Part shown: one piece after another, positions 34,364-45,070 of the stretch | Numbering within the stretch: position 1 is the stretch's first letter | Layout: the number at the start of each line of letters is the position of its first letter | Notes under the pieces: generated by a model | Database searches by the model: none | What the model was told of the DNA's origin: nothing | What the model saw: only the letters and a program-made list of their open reading frames with translations | Program-made: the position numbers and the translations under genes | DNA from: Treponemataceae bacterium | GTDB lineage: Bacteria; Spirochaetota; Spirochaetia; Treponematales; Rectinemataceae | Direction of reading: 5' to 3' | Length of the DNA: 64,000 nt | Assembly (NCBI GenBank): GCA_963667725.2 | Contig: CAXXHO010000005.1 | Location: forward strand, 672,001-736,000

Positions 34364-35503
34364 TCAGGTGTAAGTTCCAGGAAAACGATGTTGAATTTCG
34401 GAATGTAGCTTTTTTAGTTCCTCAACCTTGGACTTTGGACAGATGAGAGTAGCGTCGGCTGTGTGGACGATCACCATCTCGTCGCAACCGAAACAGGCTA
34501 CCAAGTGGTTGGGAACTGTGGAGACGACGAGCGTGTTGTCGCATTCCTTGAAGATGACAGGTACTTCCACGTTGTCGGAAGCAGTGAGCATAGATGTATT
34601 GCCTGATTCATCGGTTTTAGCTAAGGAACCATACGCAGTCCAGGAACCGATATCCTTCCAATCGAGATCGAGGGCGACGCAGGCGATGCTGACATCAGGG
34701 TCTTGGGATGCGGGTTCCATGATACCATAATCGACCGACTTCTTTTTTATGGTTGGGTAGATACTTTCCATGAGCGCTGTGCGAGCGGCTGGATCGGGCT
34801 CGTCCACGATAGTTTTGATCGCGGAAAAAACCTCAGGTTCATAGTGGTTCAGAAGCTCAAGAAAGCGGGACGCCTTCCATACAAACATACCTGAATTCCA
34901 GAGATAGCAATTGCTACCAGCCTTCAGATAAGTTTGCGCGGCGGCCAAATCGGGCTTTTCCTTGAAACGTCGTACGCGCCTAATCCCGTTTTCGGCGAGG
35001 GGTTCGCCTAATTCCAGATAGCCATAAGCAGTCGAAGGAAAGTGAGGTCTGATCCCAAAGGTGAGAAGAAGGTCGGGTTTTTCCTCTACGAGTGCAAAAG
35101 CATGGAAAAGCGATGCACGGAAGGAATCTAGCGGTCGCATCACGTGATCGGAGGTGAGAAAGGCGACGACGGCATTGGGATCGACAGCTCGGGCGAGCGC
35201 GCAGGAGTAGCCTATGGCCGCCAGGGTATCGCGGCCGACAGGCTCGCCGATATAGGTCGAGAGGGAAGGAATGCGCTTCCGCACCGCCGCCTCGTGCCGG
35301 GCGCCACCACAAACCCAGCGACGATTCTCGGGCAGTACGCCCAGGAGCCTGTCGAAGGCTTCCTCGAGGAGACTCCTATCCCCAAGCACGGGAATAAGCT
35401 GTTTGGGCAGCGATTCCCTGGAAAGAGGCCAGAGCCGAATGCCAGAACCTCCGGCGAGAATGACGGCATAGCGATTCGATATTTTATTAACTAACATCAT
35501 CAA
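34364..35503 (-). CDS. manC: Mannose-1-phosphate guanylyltransferase
   Basis: ILAGGSGIRLWPLSRESLPKQ, EPVGRDT, FKEKP, WNSGMF, SVDYGIME and WKDIGSW motifs. Confidence 0.92.
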   Translation of the reverse strand: MMMLVNKISNRYAVILAGGSGIRLWPLSRESLPKQLIPVLGDRSLLEEAFDRLLGVLPENRRWVCGGARHEAAVRKRIPSLSTYIGEPVGRDTLAAIGYSCALARAVDPNAVVAFLTSDHVMRPLDSFRASLFHAFALVEEKPDLLLTFGIRPHFPSTAYGYLELGEPLAENGIRRVRRFKEKPDLAAAQTYLKAGSNCYLWNSGMFVWKASRFLELLNHYEPEVFSAIKTIVDEPDPAARTALMESIYPTIKKKSVDYGIMEPASQDPDVSIACVALDLDWKDIGSWTAYGSLAKTDESGNTSMLTASDNVEVPVIFKECDNTLVVSTVPNHLVACFGCDEMVIVHTADATLICPKSKVEELKKLHSEIQHRFPGTYT

Positions 35504-35559
35504 TTTTTTCTCAGATTACTTCTTAAAAGATTTTCATATAATTTATTCAAAATCATCTC

Positions 35560-36729
35560 TCATTTATATGTATCAAGTAATTGCCTTAGTTCATAGAGAT
35601 TTTCATAAATATCGTATTGGTGATTTCCAACAAATAGCCCGTTCTGGTCTATCCACTCAGCATTCTTAAGTTTACCATGAATGGTATGTGGTAAAAATTT
35701 TATGACTTTTTTCATCGCAAAATTGCCAGCCACAATTGGGCGGCACTCAATTCCATTTTTTATCAGATATTTTGCTAGGTTTTTTCGATCAATGCCAGAA
35801 TTAGGCCGAGAGATAAAAGCGAAACCGAACCAGGAACTTGATCCAATTTCTTTTTGTATTATAAAGCGCTTATCCGTGCCAAATAGCTCAAGGAATGCCT
35901 TTGCATTCTTTCTGCGATACTCCAAGAATAATGGCAACTTCTTAAGTTGCTCATTTCCAATTGCACCCTCAATCTCAAGCGGCCTAACATTATATCCAGG
36001 TAGTACAAAATTCCATGATTCTTCAAAAGGATCGTCGCTTTTTATTCCCGATACTTTATTAAGCTTAGGAAGGTTCCTAGTCCAACCATGAGCTCGAAGG
36101 CAAAGGAGAATTTGATAGAGTTCTTCATCGTCTGTTACAACAAGGCCACCTTCCATGGTTGACATGTGATGGCTGAAGAAAGTGCTAAAAGATCCCATTA
36201 TGCCGAAAGTTCCTGCTTGACGTCCATGATAAATCGCACCAAGCGACTCACAATTATCTTCAATAAGAGCAATGTCTTTATATTTAATAATTTCTTTAAT
36301 TGCATCAAAATCATTAGGATTCCCAAGGAGGTTAACGGCAACAATTAACTTAGTTTTTTCAGAAACTGCACTGCTAAGCGCTTTCAAATCATAATTGAGA
36401 GTTTCCAAATCAATATCAACGAATTTTAGCTTAAGCCCATACTGAGTAAGCGGATAATAAGTTGTAGGCCAAGAAACCGCTGGGACTATCACCTCATCGC
36501 CAGGACAAATTTTATTCTCCATTCTAAAAAAGAGGGAGCCTACCATTATTAAGTTTGCCGATGATCCTGAATTTACCATTACAGCATATTTTGATCCAAC
36601 GAAGCTTGCAAAGTTCCGCTCAAATTGGATAACATTCTCGCCCATTGTGCACATTCCAGAAGCTGCAACCCGGGAGATAGCATCAAGCTCAGCTTGGTCC
36701 CACGATGATGTCGCAAGAGGATATTTCAT
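35560..36729 (-). CDS. colD: GDP-4-keto-6-deoxy-D-mannose 3-dehydratase (ColD-like)
   Basis: DegT fold with His in place of the PLP Lys (FFSHHMSTMEGG); LRAHGW and PGYNVRP motifs; adjacent to gmd and an fcl-like gene. Confidence 0.8.
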   Translation of the reverse strand: MKYPLATSSWDQAELDAISRVAASGMCTMGENVIQFERNFASFVGSKYAVMVNSGSSANLIMVGSLFFRMENKICPGDEVIVPAVSWPTTYYPLTQYGLKLKFVDIDLETLNYDLKALSSAVSEKTKLIVAVNLLGNPNDFDAIKEIIKYKDIALIEDNCESLGAIYHGRQAGTFGIMGSFSTFFSHHMSTMEGGLVVTDDEELYQILLCLRAHGWTRNLPKLNKVSGIKSDDPFEESWNFVLPGYNVRPLEIEGAIGNEQLKKLPLFLEYRRKNAKAFLELFGTDKRFIIQKEIGSSSWFGFAFISRPNSGIDRKNLAKYLIKNGIECRPIVAGNFAMKKVIKFLPHTIHGKLKNAEWIDQNGLFVGNHQYDIYENLYELRQLLDTYK

Positions 36730-37649
36730 AATTGTTTCCCCTGTTCCAAGAAATATTGATATGTTAGCTGTAAACCTTTTTCAAGAGAAGTGTGCGCTTT
36801 CCATCCAAAAGTATGTAATGAGGAAATATCAACAAGCTTTTGCTCCATCCCCTCAGGTTTGCTTTTATCGTGTGTAAAACTTCCTGAATAGCCAATGACT
36901 TTTGCAACTGCTTTATAATACTCATCTATACTATAATCGTAACCAAGGCCAGCATTGATAATACTTGGCATAGCGTCGAAATGTTCAATAGCATAGAAGA
37001 CGAAATCCGCAAGGTCACCTGCATACATGAATTCCCTTCTGGCTTTACCAGATCCCCAAATATCGACGGAATCGCGTCCTTCGCATTTTGCATCATGGAG
37101 TTTTCGGATCACAGCAGGGATCATATGTGAGTAGGCAGGATCGAATTTATCCCATTTCCCATAAAGGTTACATGGTATAATCGTTTTATAGGCAATTCCT
37201 GGATGTTCTCGTTCAAGATAGCTGCAAAGCCGTTGAACGGCAATTTTAGCAATTGCATATCCCTCATTAGTTGGTTCAAGCTCTCCTTTTAGGATTAAAT
37301 TTTCCTGTAGAGGATTATGGGCTGTTCGGGGGTACATGCATGAACTCCCCATATTGATTAAGTAAGGTACCATAGTTCTAGCAGCTGCGAGTACAACGTT
37401 CTTTCCAAGCTCAAAATTCTCTACCAGAAAACGAGCTGGCTCTCTGATGTTGGCCTGAATACCTCCTACGATACCAGCACAATGTATAATAACATCAGGA
37501 TTAGTGAGACGTACAAACGATAAAACAGCATCCGTATCCAAGAGATCTAGTTCACTTCTGGCTGGTGCAACAACATCATACGTACCCGTAAGGCGCTCTA
37601 CGACATTATGACCAACTAATCCATTTCCACCTGTAATAAATATACGCAT
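36726..37649 (-). CDS. GDP-L-fucose/GDP-colitose synthase family (Fcl/ColC)
   Basis: GGNGLVG, VGGIQAN, GSSCMYP, LEPTNEGYAIAK and PCNLYG motifs. Confidence 0.88.
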   Translation of the reverse strand: MRIFITGGNGLVGHNVVERLTGTYDVVAPARSELDLLDTDAVLSFVRLTNPDVIIHCAGIVGGIQANIREPARFLVENFELGKNVVLAAARTMVPYLINMGSSCMYPRTAHNPLQENLILKGELEPTNEGYAIAKIAVQRLCSYLEREHPGIAYKTIIPCNLYGKWDKFDPAYSHMIPAVIRKLHDAKCEGRDSVDIWGSGKARREFMYAGDLADFVFYAIEHFDAMPSIINAGLGYDYSIDEYYKAVAKVIGYSGSFTHDKSKPEGMEQKLVDISSLHTFGWKAHTSLEKGLQLTYQYFLEQGKQL

Positions 37650-37651
37650 GA

Positions 37652-38686
37652 TCAGTCTTCTTTTCCGCCAAAAGTAGTATTTAAAAGATCATATCGAACC
37701 ATCTTCCTACAAAGCTCTTTTACATTTGTAGTTGCTGTCCAGCCAAGCTTTTGTTTTGCTTTACTCGGATCCCCTAACAAAAATTCAACTTCTGAGGGAC
37801 GGAAATAACGAGGGTCGACCTCTACACGAAGCTCACCACTTCTTGCATCATAACCTTTTTCCTCAATACCTGCGCCATGCCATTCTATATTGACCCCAAT
37901 TTCATTGAAGGCGAATTCCACAAACTCACGGACTGAATGAGCCTTCCCTGTAGCAATAACATAATCATCAGGCCTATCTTGTTGCAGCATAAACCACATT
38001 GCCTCTACATATTCCTTTGCATAACCCCAGTCACGTTTTGCATCTAGATTTCCAAGCTTTAATATCTTTAAGCCATTGTTTTTTATTGCAGCAACTGCTT
38101 TAGTTATCTTTTTTGTAACAAAGGTTTCTCCTCGACGTGGTGATTCGTGATTAAATAGAATTCCATTGCATGCAAAAAGATCATATGACTCTCTATAATT
38201 TACTGTTACCCAATAAGAGTAGAGTTTTGCAGCAGCATAGGGCGATTTTGGGTAAAAAGGTGTCTTTTCACTTTGAGGCTGTGTCCCAGGTAGACCACCA
38301 AATAATTCCGAAGTAGAGGCTTGGTAAAACTTTGTTTTAATCCTAAGATCTCGAATTGCATCAAGAAGACGTATAGTGCCAATCCCATCAACCTCAGCAG
38401 TATATTCAGGCACTTCAAAAGATACTGCAACATGAGACTGAGCACCAAGGTTATAAATTTCATCCGGATGAATTTTTTCAACAAGCCTATGAAGATTGCT
38501 TGAATCAGCGAGATCTCCATGATATGTATGGAAATGCGCATTAGAAAAAAGATGGTCGATTCTTTGAGTGGTAAATACTGAAGATCGACGGAGAATACCA
38601 TGGACTTCATAACCTTTGTTAAGTAAAGACTCAGCAAGATAGGATCCATCTTGGCCAGTAATACCAGTTATAAAAGCTGATTTCAT
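37652..38686 (-). CDS. gmd: GDP-mannose 4,6-dehydratase
   Basis: [30 protein letters not shown] and [13 protein letters not shown] motifs. Confidence 0.95.
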   Translation of the reverse strand: MKSAFITGITGQDGSYLAESLLNKGYEVHGILRRSSVFTTQRIDHLFSNAHFHTYHGDLADSSNLHRLVEKIHPDEIYNLGAQSHVAVSFEVPEYTAEVDGIGTIRLLDAIRDLRIKTKFYQASTSELFGGLPGTQPQSEKTPFYPKSPYAAAKLYSYWVTVNYRESYDLFACNGILFNHESPRRGETFVTKKITKAVAAIKNNGLKILKLGNLDAKRDWGYAKEYVEAMWFMLQQDRPDDYVIATGKAHSVREFVEFAFNEIGVNIEWHGAGIEEKGYDARSGELRVEVDPRYFRPSEVEFLLGDPSKAKQKLGWTATTNVKELCRKMVRYDLLNTTFGGKED

Positions 38687-38762
38687 AGTTATACTCCTGC
38701 ACCCGATATAATGAAAATTGTAGCCAACAAAATAACTGAGCCAATATTACCAGTAGACCTTT

Positions 38763-39920
38763 TTAGGGTCCGACAAGCTTAACGTTCTTTTCGAGCGAAT
38801 CGCATACGAGATCCACTTCGGCTATGGTCATGGTGGGATAGAGGGGAAGCGTGAGTTCGTGTTCGCTGATGTACTGGCTCTTGGGCGTCGGACCAACCCT
38901 GTCTTTGTACGCGGTAAAGCTCTGTATCGAAGGATAGTGGATGGAAGTCTGGATGCCATCCTCCTTCATCCGCTCGATGAGCGCGGCCCTATCGATTTCC
39001 TTGGAAAGAAGAACCGGCATGATATGGTAGGTGGGAGTTCCCCTATCGTAATGGCGGAACGGAACGCTCAAGAATTCTTTCATCGCGTCCAGCCTGAAAA
39101 AATACCGTTCCACAAGCGCCGCGCGTGCGGCATTCGCCTCGGGCAACTTAGCAAGCTGCACAAGCCCTAAAGCGGAGCGGACTTCGTCGATACGATAATT
39201 GAACCCTGGCTCCACGACATCGTAGGTAGCCGCGCGGCCTTTCATCCTGTCGAAACTGGCGACCGTCATCCCATGGGAACGCAAATTCTTGCACTTCTGA
39301 AACAACTCAGGATCCCGCGTGGCGACCATACCGCCCTCGCCCACCGCCAGATTCTTGTTGGAGAAGAAACTCCAGGCCGAAATATCGCCAAAGGTACCGA
39401 GCTTCCTGCCCTTATAGGATCCGCCATTCGAATGCGCGCAGTCTTCAATAAGCTTAAGATTATGCTGCTTGCAGATATCGACGATCGCGTCCATGTCGCA
39501 GGCATACCCCGCGTAGTGCACGATCATCACCGCCTTGGTCTTGGGCGTAATCTTAGCCTCGATATCGACAGGATCCATCGCCCAATCCTCGAGCGACGTC
39601 ACATCCCCAATCACCACCTCGCCGCCCGACACCCTCACCGAATTGAGATCGGCGATAAACGTGAGCGAAGGCACGATCACCTCATCCCCAAGCTTCACCC
39701 CACAGGCCAGCACGGCGATATGCAGCGCCGCCGTCCCATTCGAAACCGCCACGCACTTCGAACCCTCGCCGAGTTCCTTTGCATAGGCTTCTTCAAAATC
39801 CAAGGTCCTCTGCCCCATCGTGATCCACCCCGACTTAAGGGTATCCATCACGGCGCTATATTCGCGTTCATCGTAATTTAGCTTAAAAAGCTGTACCTTC
39901 CACTGAATAGTTCCCGCCAT
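38763..39920 (-). CDS. DegT/DnrJ/EryC1/StrS aminotransferase
   Basis: SNGTAALH, EDCAHS, SFFSNKNLAVGEGG and GFNYR motifs. Confidence 0.92.
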   Translation of the reverse strand: MAGTIQWKVQLFKLNYDEREYSAVMDTLKSGWITMGQRTLDFEEAYAKELGEGSKCVAVSNGTAALHIAVLACGVKLGDEVIVPSLTFIADLNSVRVSGGEVVIGDVTSLEDWAMDPVDIEAKITPKTKAVMIVHYAGYACDMDAIVDICKQHNLKLIEDCAHSNGGSYKGRKLGTFGDISAWSFFSNKNLAVGEGGMVATRDPELFQKCKNLRSHGMTVASFDRMKGRAATYDVVEPGFNYRIDEVRSALGLVQLAKLPEANAARAALVERYFFRLDAMKEFLSVPFRHYDRGTPTYHIMPVLLSKEIDRAALIERMKEDGIQTSIHYPSIQSFTAYKDRVGPTPKSQYISEHELTLPLYPTMTIAEVDLVCDSLEKNVKLVGP

Positions 39921-39931
39921 AATCACCTTCC

Positions 39932-41107
39932 TTATCGCCTTGGCAAACGCCCACCGAGCGTCACATCAAAAATGAGATCCCTGTTCTTCTCCACAAATTC
40001 CAACACCCTTTCAGGCTTCTTCGTATCAGTAGGCAGATTAACTACATGAGCGGCGGCAAATACCGCATTCGGATACCGTTCCGGTTCAAAACCCCACTTA
40101 CTCAAATCACCCTCGACAGGATGCAAAGGCGAACGGAACCAATCCCCCAAAGGAATTCGCGCTTCCTCAGCCTTTCGTATAAACCCATCGCGATCATGCA
40201 CCAGGAGAGGATACTTAAGGAACAAATGATCAGGGTGCAACTCAGGAGCCACATGATTAAGCCCCCTTTCAGCCAGATACTCCGTATACAAAGCCCCATT
40301 CGCCTTCCTGAGCGCGTTCACAACAGGTAACTTCTTCAGTGCTCTTACTGCCGCACGCTTTTGTACTCCTGACATACCAAGAAGGTAATCTTTGGGCATC
40401 TCTATCCCTTCAAGCTCCTCTCCTGTAGAAGAACCGGTGACTAAGTTTCTCTTACTCAAGTATCGATAAGCTTTCACAAAAGAGTAATACGTCACAGGGC
40501 TTATAAGCCGTCTCACTCGCATGAGAGTCCATAACATAATCTGCGTTTGTGCTGAAGGTTGTGGTAAGGAGGTACAAAATTCAGCAACTTTAGGCTCAAG
40601 CTCCTTATCGTTCACAAGTGCATAACCCCCAATGCCAGTAGAAAAAGGCTTATTCCATTGACTCGAATAGAAAGCCGCATCGCACCAAGAGCCATTGGGT
40701 CTACTCTTGTAGAATCCACCAAAACCGTGTGTACAGTCTTCAATTGTCTTGATCCCTCTTGTACGACAAAGATCAACAATCTCGTCTACATGCGCCGAAA
40801 GTCCATATGTGTTCTGGCAGAGCACTATCTTTGTTGCAGTATTGATAACAGCTTCTACTTCCTCAGGTTTTACCGAGAAGCATCGAAGATCGATATCAAT
40901 ATATTTCGGCTTAGCACCTAAGTAGTGAATTGCATTCGGTACAACAACACATGTATAGGCCGGTAATATTACTTCATCACCTATTCCGATCTCTAAAGCT
41001 TTCAAAATTGCCCATAAAGCTACACGACCTTTTATAAAAAAGGTAAGATCACCAGAATTTAAAATTATGCTATGTATAGATGAATCTAGAAATTCATTAA
41101 TATTCAT
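39932..41107 (-). CDS. DegT-family PLP-dependent protein
   Basis: GDEVILPAYTC, IEDCTHG and SSQWNKPFSTGIGG motifs. Confidence 0.8.
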   Translation of the reverse strand: MNINEFLDSSIHSIILNSGDLTFFIKGRVALWAILKALEIGIGDEVILPAYTCVVVPNAIHYLGAKPKYIDIDLRCFSVKPEEVEAVINTATKIVLCQNTYGLSAHVDEIVDLCRTRGIKTIEDCTHGFGGFYKSRPNGSWCDAAFYSSQWNKPFSTGIGGYALVNDKELEPKVAEFCTSLPQPSAQTQIMLWTLMRVRRLISPVTYYSFVKAYRYLSKRNLVTGSSTGEELEGIEMPKDYLLGMSGVQKRAAVRALKKLPVVNALRKANGALYTEYLAERGLNHVAPELHPDHLFLKYPLLVHDRDGFIRKAEEARIPLGDWFRSPLHPVEGDLSKWGFEPERYPNAVFAAAHVVNLPTDTKKPERVLEFVEKNRDLIFDVTLGGRLPRR

Positions 41108-41146
41108 GAATAATCCTTCATTATATTTATCGCGAAAATTATTTTA

Positions 41147-41755
41147 TTACCTCAGTAATGTATTAACGATGTACTTTAAATCGATAATCAATGAACAATT
41201 CTTCATATACTCTATATTGAGCTTAACTTTATCAGGGAATATTACTTCATCATTGTATTCTTTAGGATTATCAACATTTGCAAGGATCTCTTCTTCATTT
41301 GCATATTTCACAGTTGCAGGGCCAGTAATTCCGGGTCTTAGCGCCAAGACTTTCTTTCCTTCTCCTTCAAGCTTGTCCCAGTAACCTGGAACATCCGGCC
41401 TTGGGCCAACAAAACTCATCGTTCCAGCAAATATATTAAACAATTGAGGAAGCTCATCAAGTTTCCATAAACGAAGAATTTTTCCAGCTTTTGTTACCCG
41501 GATATCCCCTGCAACAGTGATTGTTGATATGTTTTTATGATTACTATACATGGTTCTGAATTTGTTGACTCTGAATTTACATCCCCCTTGCCCAATTCTT
41601 ATTTGTCTATAAAGCACTGGACCAGGCGAGCTAAACTTTACAAATATAGCAATAATAGTCAAAGGGATGAATAGAAAAGCTATTCCAAGTGATGAGATCA
41701 ATATATCGAAAGCTCTTTTACCATATTTAAAATAAATATCATCTTTAAATTCCAT
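41147..41755 (-). CDS. Bacterial sugar transferase (priming phosphoglycosyl transferase)
   Basis: KRAFD, KFRTM, KLDELPQ, MSFVGPRP and PGITG motifs. Confidence 0.9.
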   Translation of the reverse strand: MEFKDDIYFKYGKRAFDILISSLGIAFLFIPLTIIAIFVKFSSPGPVLYRQIRIGQGGCKFRVNKFRTMYSNHKNISTITVAGDIRVTKAGKILRLWKLDELPQLFNIFAGTMSFVGPRPDVPGYWDKLEGEGKKVLALRPGITGPATVKYANEEEILANVDNPKEYNDEVIFPDKVKLNIEYMKNCSLIIDLKYIVNTLLR

Positions 41756-41825
41756 TAATTTTATTCCTTGAGCAAATCATTACTATGATAATTAAAAAGA
41801 CATCATAAGATGATAACCTTGCCTA

Positions 41826-42040
41826 GTACCCTGTAACATGTATATCTTTCCAGTCAGAATTGCGGATAGACGTTTCAGCTTCGTCCTTGCGTCATGTGTT
41901 GTGAATTGCCAGTTAACGCCGAGTTGGTTTTTGTATCGAATTACATACCAACCCGAGAGTTCACCATTCAGGTTATGGAGACAATCGATATTCCTTTTTG
42001 ACAAACACTACTGACCAAGTGCAGAAAGCGCAATTCCCAA
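41826..42040 (-). mobile_element. IS630-family right-end remnant
   Basis: Carries TIR GTACCCTGTAACAT and codes WQFTTHDARTKLKRL, matching the element at 58472-59721. Confidence 0.8.
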
Positions 42041-42126
42041 CCGCTAAGAATCTGTCTACAACTATTTCATTATATTAGTTGCTTTTATTTTGCTCTTTTT
42101 ATAATTTTTTCGAGCATCCAGGGGCT

Positions 42127-42957
42127 CTACCATTTTGTTGCAAATCGAAATCCTGCTTTTGATAAAATAGCTTTAATAGGTTTTCTTAGTTTTGTTGGTA
42201 CAATAAGAGTACTATAAAAGTAAAATCTCATCTTTAAGATTCCTAAATTTGATACAAATCCACGCTTTTGATATTCAATATCATTATACCCATGTTTTTT
42301 GAATTTTTTTACAGCTGAAGGAATCCATTTCCCCATAGTCGCCATATGGACAGAATGCAACAAAGGACGTCTGTCGGAAACATAATCAACATAATAAGCT
42401 TCTTTACTGTCTGCCGCATTTTTAGAAAATTCGTTTTCTAAATCCCAGGCAGTTTTTGACCCATCTCCAAGTATATTTAGAATTTCATTTCTATCCCAAA
42501 TAGAAGTACCTATTGAAACACCGTATGCTTTATTTCTTGGTATCATCTCAACATTACGATTGTCTTTGTACTGTATATATTTACGATTGTATGGCTTAGA
42601 AATGGGCAATCTATAGTATTTAATTTTGTTTTTTTCGATAAAATCGAGTACTTCTTCTATTTCATCGCTATAAACCTTATCGAAAATATAAAAATCATCA
42701 CATGATAAAAGTATAAAGGGGCTTTTTGTTTGGCTAATCGTATTGATCGCCGCTTTGGTCCAAGTTACATCTTTACCGCATAATACCGTTTCCGCCACAT
42801 CGCTGTGCAAATCACATTCTTGCTCAGCTACTAGAATCCTATATTTACAATCTTTCCAGTTTAATTTTAAGTAATAAAGATAGTATTCAACAATGTCTCT
42901 GTACTTGTCACAGCTTATAACAATAATAGACATTCGATTATCCATTTCCATTTTCAA
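42127..42957 (-). CDS. Hypothetical protein, possibly glycosyltransferase-like
   Basis: SIIVISCDKY...LLSCDDF (DxD-like); polysaccharide-locus context. Confidence 0.55.
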   Translation of the reverse strand: MKMEMDNRMSIIVISCDKYRDIVEYYLYYLKLNWKDCKYRILVAEQECDLHSDVAETVLCGKDVTWTKAAINTISQTKSPFILLSCDDFYIFDKVYSDEIEEVLDFIEKNKIKYYRLPISKPYNRKYIQYKDNRNVEMIPRNKAYGVSIGTSIWDRNEILNILGDGSKTAWDLENEFSKNAADSKEAYYVDYVSDRRPLLHSVHMATMGKWIPSAVKKFKKHGYNDIEYQKRGFVSNLGILKMRFYFYSTLIVPTKLRKPIKAILSKAGFRFATKW

Positions 42958-43229
42958 TTCCCTTCAATTTAGATTAGCCAGCAACATCTGACTTGTTGTA
43001 TCATTAATAAATCAAAACTACAAAGCGTTTAATTGTAAACAGTGAATTCTCACCATTACGAAATGTACATCCGTAAGAAGAAGGATCGATCCTGTAGGGT
43101 AGTAGCGCAAGGCGTTCTTTTTTCATCGTTGCCTTCGGTAGACAAGATCATGGACAACATTGACGTTACTTCTATGGATTAGGCATTCTGTAAAAGACAG
43201 GAAACTAGTGTTATTGCTTTTCCCTCAGT

Positions 43230-44114
43230 CTAATATATCAGTGAACCGTCTGCTACCTTTTTCAGGTGTGCTCCATATGGAGATTTACCATACCTATTAG
43301 CAGATTCAATCAATTCTTTCTTTGAAATCCATCCATTTCGATAAGCGATTTCTTCAGGTGCAGAAATCTTAACACCTTGACGCTTTTCTATTACTTGCAC
43401 AAATGTGGAAGCATCAATAAGGCTATCCATCGTACCTGTGTCTAGCCAAGCAAAGCCACGACCAAGAATCTGACCCTTTAGAGTGCCATCTTGTAGGTAC
43501 ATATTATTAAGGGTAGTTATTTCTAACTCCCCGCGAGTTGAAGGCTTTACTTTCTTTGCAAAATCGACTACACGTCTATCATAGAAGTATAGCCCGGTTA
43601 TACAATAGTTTGATTTCGGATGCTCCGGTTTTTCTTCTACAGATAAAATATTCCAATCCTTATCAAATTCCATAATACCGAAGCGCTCTGGATCGTTTAC
43701 ATAGTAGCCGAAAATTGTAGCATAGCCATTCTCAGCGTTTACTACAGCCTCTCTCAGGAACTTTCCAAGCCCTCCACCATAAAAAATGTTGTCACCAAGA
43801 ATCATTGCACAAAAATCATCGCCAATGAACTCTTCACCGATAATAAAGGCCTGAGCAAGGCCATCAGGATTCGCCTGCACGCTGTAAGAGAGATTAATGC
43901 CAAACTGATGTCCTTCTCCGAGCAACCTCTTAAAGTTCGGCAAATCTGACGGTGTAGAAATGATAAGTATGTCCTTTATTTCCGCCAACATCAGGGTTGA
44001 TAGCGGGTAATATATCATCGGCTTATCATAGACAGGCAGCAATTGTTTAGAGGTTACCATGGTTAATGGATACAACCGTGTCCCTGCTCCACCAGCTAGA
44101 ATGATTCCTTTCAT
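43230..44114 (-). CDS. rmlA: Glucose-1-phosphate thymidylyltransferase
   Basis: [39 protein letters not shown] and WLDTGT motifs. Confidence 0.96.
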   Translation of the reverse strand: MKGIILAGGAGTRLYPLTMVTSKQLLPVYDKPMIYYPLSTLMLAEIKDILIISTPSDLPNFKRLLGEGHQFGINLSYSVQANPDGLAQAFIIGEEFIGDDFCAMILGDNIFYGGGLGKFLREAVVNAENGYATIFGYYVNDPERFGIMEFDKDWNILSVEEKPEHPKSNYCITGLYFYDRRVVDFAKKVKPSTRGELEITTLNNMYLQDGTLKGQILGRGFAWLDTGTMDSLIDASTFVQVIEKRQGVKISAPEEIAYRNGWISKKELIESANRYGKSPYGAHLKKVADGSLIY

Positions 44115-45055
44115 ATCGCACCTCCCATGTTTTTGTAATTTATAAATTCGCTATAATCTCTTATGTAGTCATCTGCTCTAAAATAATCAGATGCCGCAAC
44201 ACAGAGAACAGAGTCTTTCTTAAGCCACAGCATTTCTCGCCATATTGTATGTTGAATTACGATTCCAATCGATGGATCATTTAGAATTATTTCCTCTCGA
44301 TTTTTACCGTTATCAAGCACCAATTTTATCTTTCCATAAGGGCAGAAAAGAAGCTGCTCCAATTCTTTGTGAGCGTGGAATCCACGTCTAACTCCTTCCG
44401 GTACTTTTGAGATGTAATATATCCGCTTTACATTAAAAGGTATGTCATGATTTGCTTCAAAGAATGAAAGCTCGCCAGCATCCACTGTGGGAATTGTTTT
44501 TATCTTGATTATCCTACAGCCCGCTACTTCTCCTCTTTTCATTGTTTTATTTTGATAGTCATCACCATTCAATATAGAATACCATATGAGATTTTTCACA
44601 CCCTCATACCTATAGAGTATTTCATTAGGAATGTCGAGTGCTTCTTGGAAATCATGCTTATTATAAAATCTGCAAGCACGCTCATTCGCTTTAGAAACGC
44701 ACCAATATATACTATTTAATCTCAATTCTTCAAAGGCAACACGGATAATTTCCACCATCCCAAACCACGAATATCCTTTGCCCATTGAAGCTTTTCTAAC
44801 GGTTATTGCAAACTCAGCATTTCCTGCCTCTTTATCAATGTGCTTAAGGCTTACAGTACCCATGTACTCATCGGCATCAGATGCTATTGTCATGTGAAGA
44901 TTATTTGAAGTATCTGCACTAGATTCAATAAATTTCTCGCAATCCTGAAGACTTTTGTGTGCAAAATTAGTCGATAAATTATTCGTAACATCATCGTCAT
45001 GCATCCATTCTAACATAAGAGGCGCATCTTCAATTTTTAACTTTCGCAAATACAT
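44111..45055 (-). CDS. GNAT N-acyltransferase fused to an FdtA/QdtA-type cupin 3,4-ketoisomerase
   Basis: N-terminal RimJ-like GNAT (AEFAI...GKGYS...NERA); C-terminal KRIYY...RGFHAHK...DYIRDY cupin. Confidence 0.8.
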   Translation of the reverse strand: MYLRKLKIEDAPLMLEWMHDDDVTNNLSTNFAHKSLQDCEKFIESSADTSNNLHMTIASDADEYMGTVSLKHIDKEAGNAEFAITVRKASMGKGYSWFGMVEIIRVAFEELRLNSIYWCVSKANERACRFYNKHDFQEALDIPNEILYRYEGVKNLIWYSILNGDDYQNKTMKRGEVAGCRIIKIKTIPTVDAGELSFFEANHDIPFNVKRIYYISKVPEGVRRGFHAHKELEQLLFCPYGKIKLVLDNGKNREEIILNDPSIGIVIQHTIWREMLWLKKDSVLCVAASDYFRADDYIRDYSEFINYKNMGGAI

Positions 45056-45070
45056 AGTTTTTATCCCTCT

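Noticed and set aside
38755..38785. Possible 13th, highly degenerate repeat (TTTTAGGGTCCGACAAGCTTAAC) at the end of the intact DegT gene
   Set aside because: Only GGGTC-GAC and TTAAC match; too degenerate to count, although its position at a stop codon is suggestive.
43063..43200. Short + strand reading MYIRKKKDRS resembling an IS1634-type transposase start
   Set aside because: Too short and degenerate; no terminal repeats identified.
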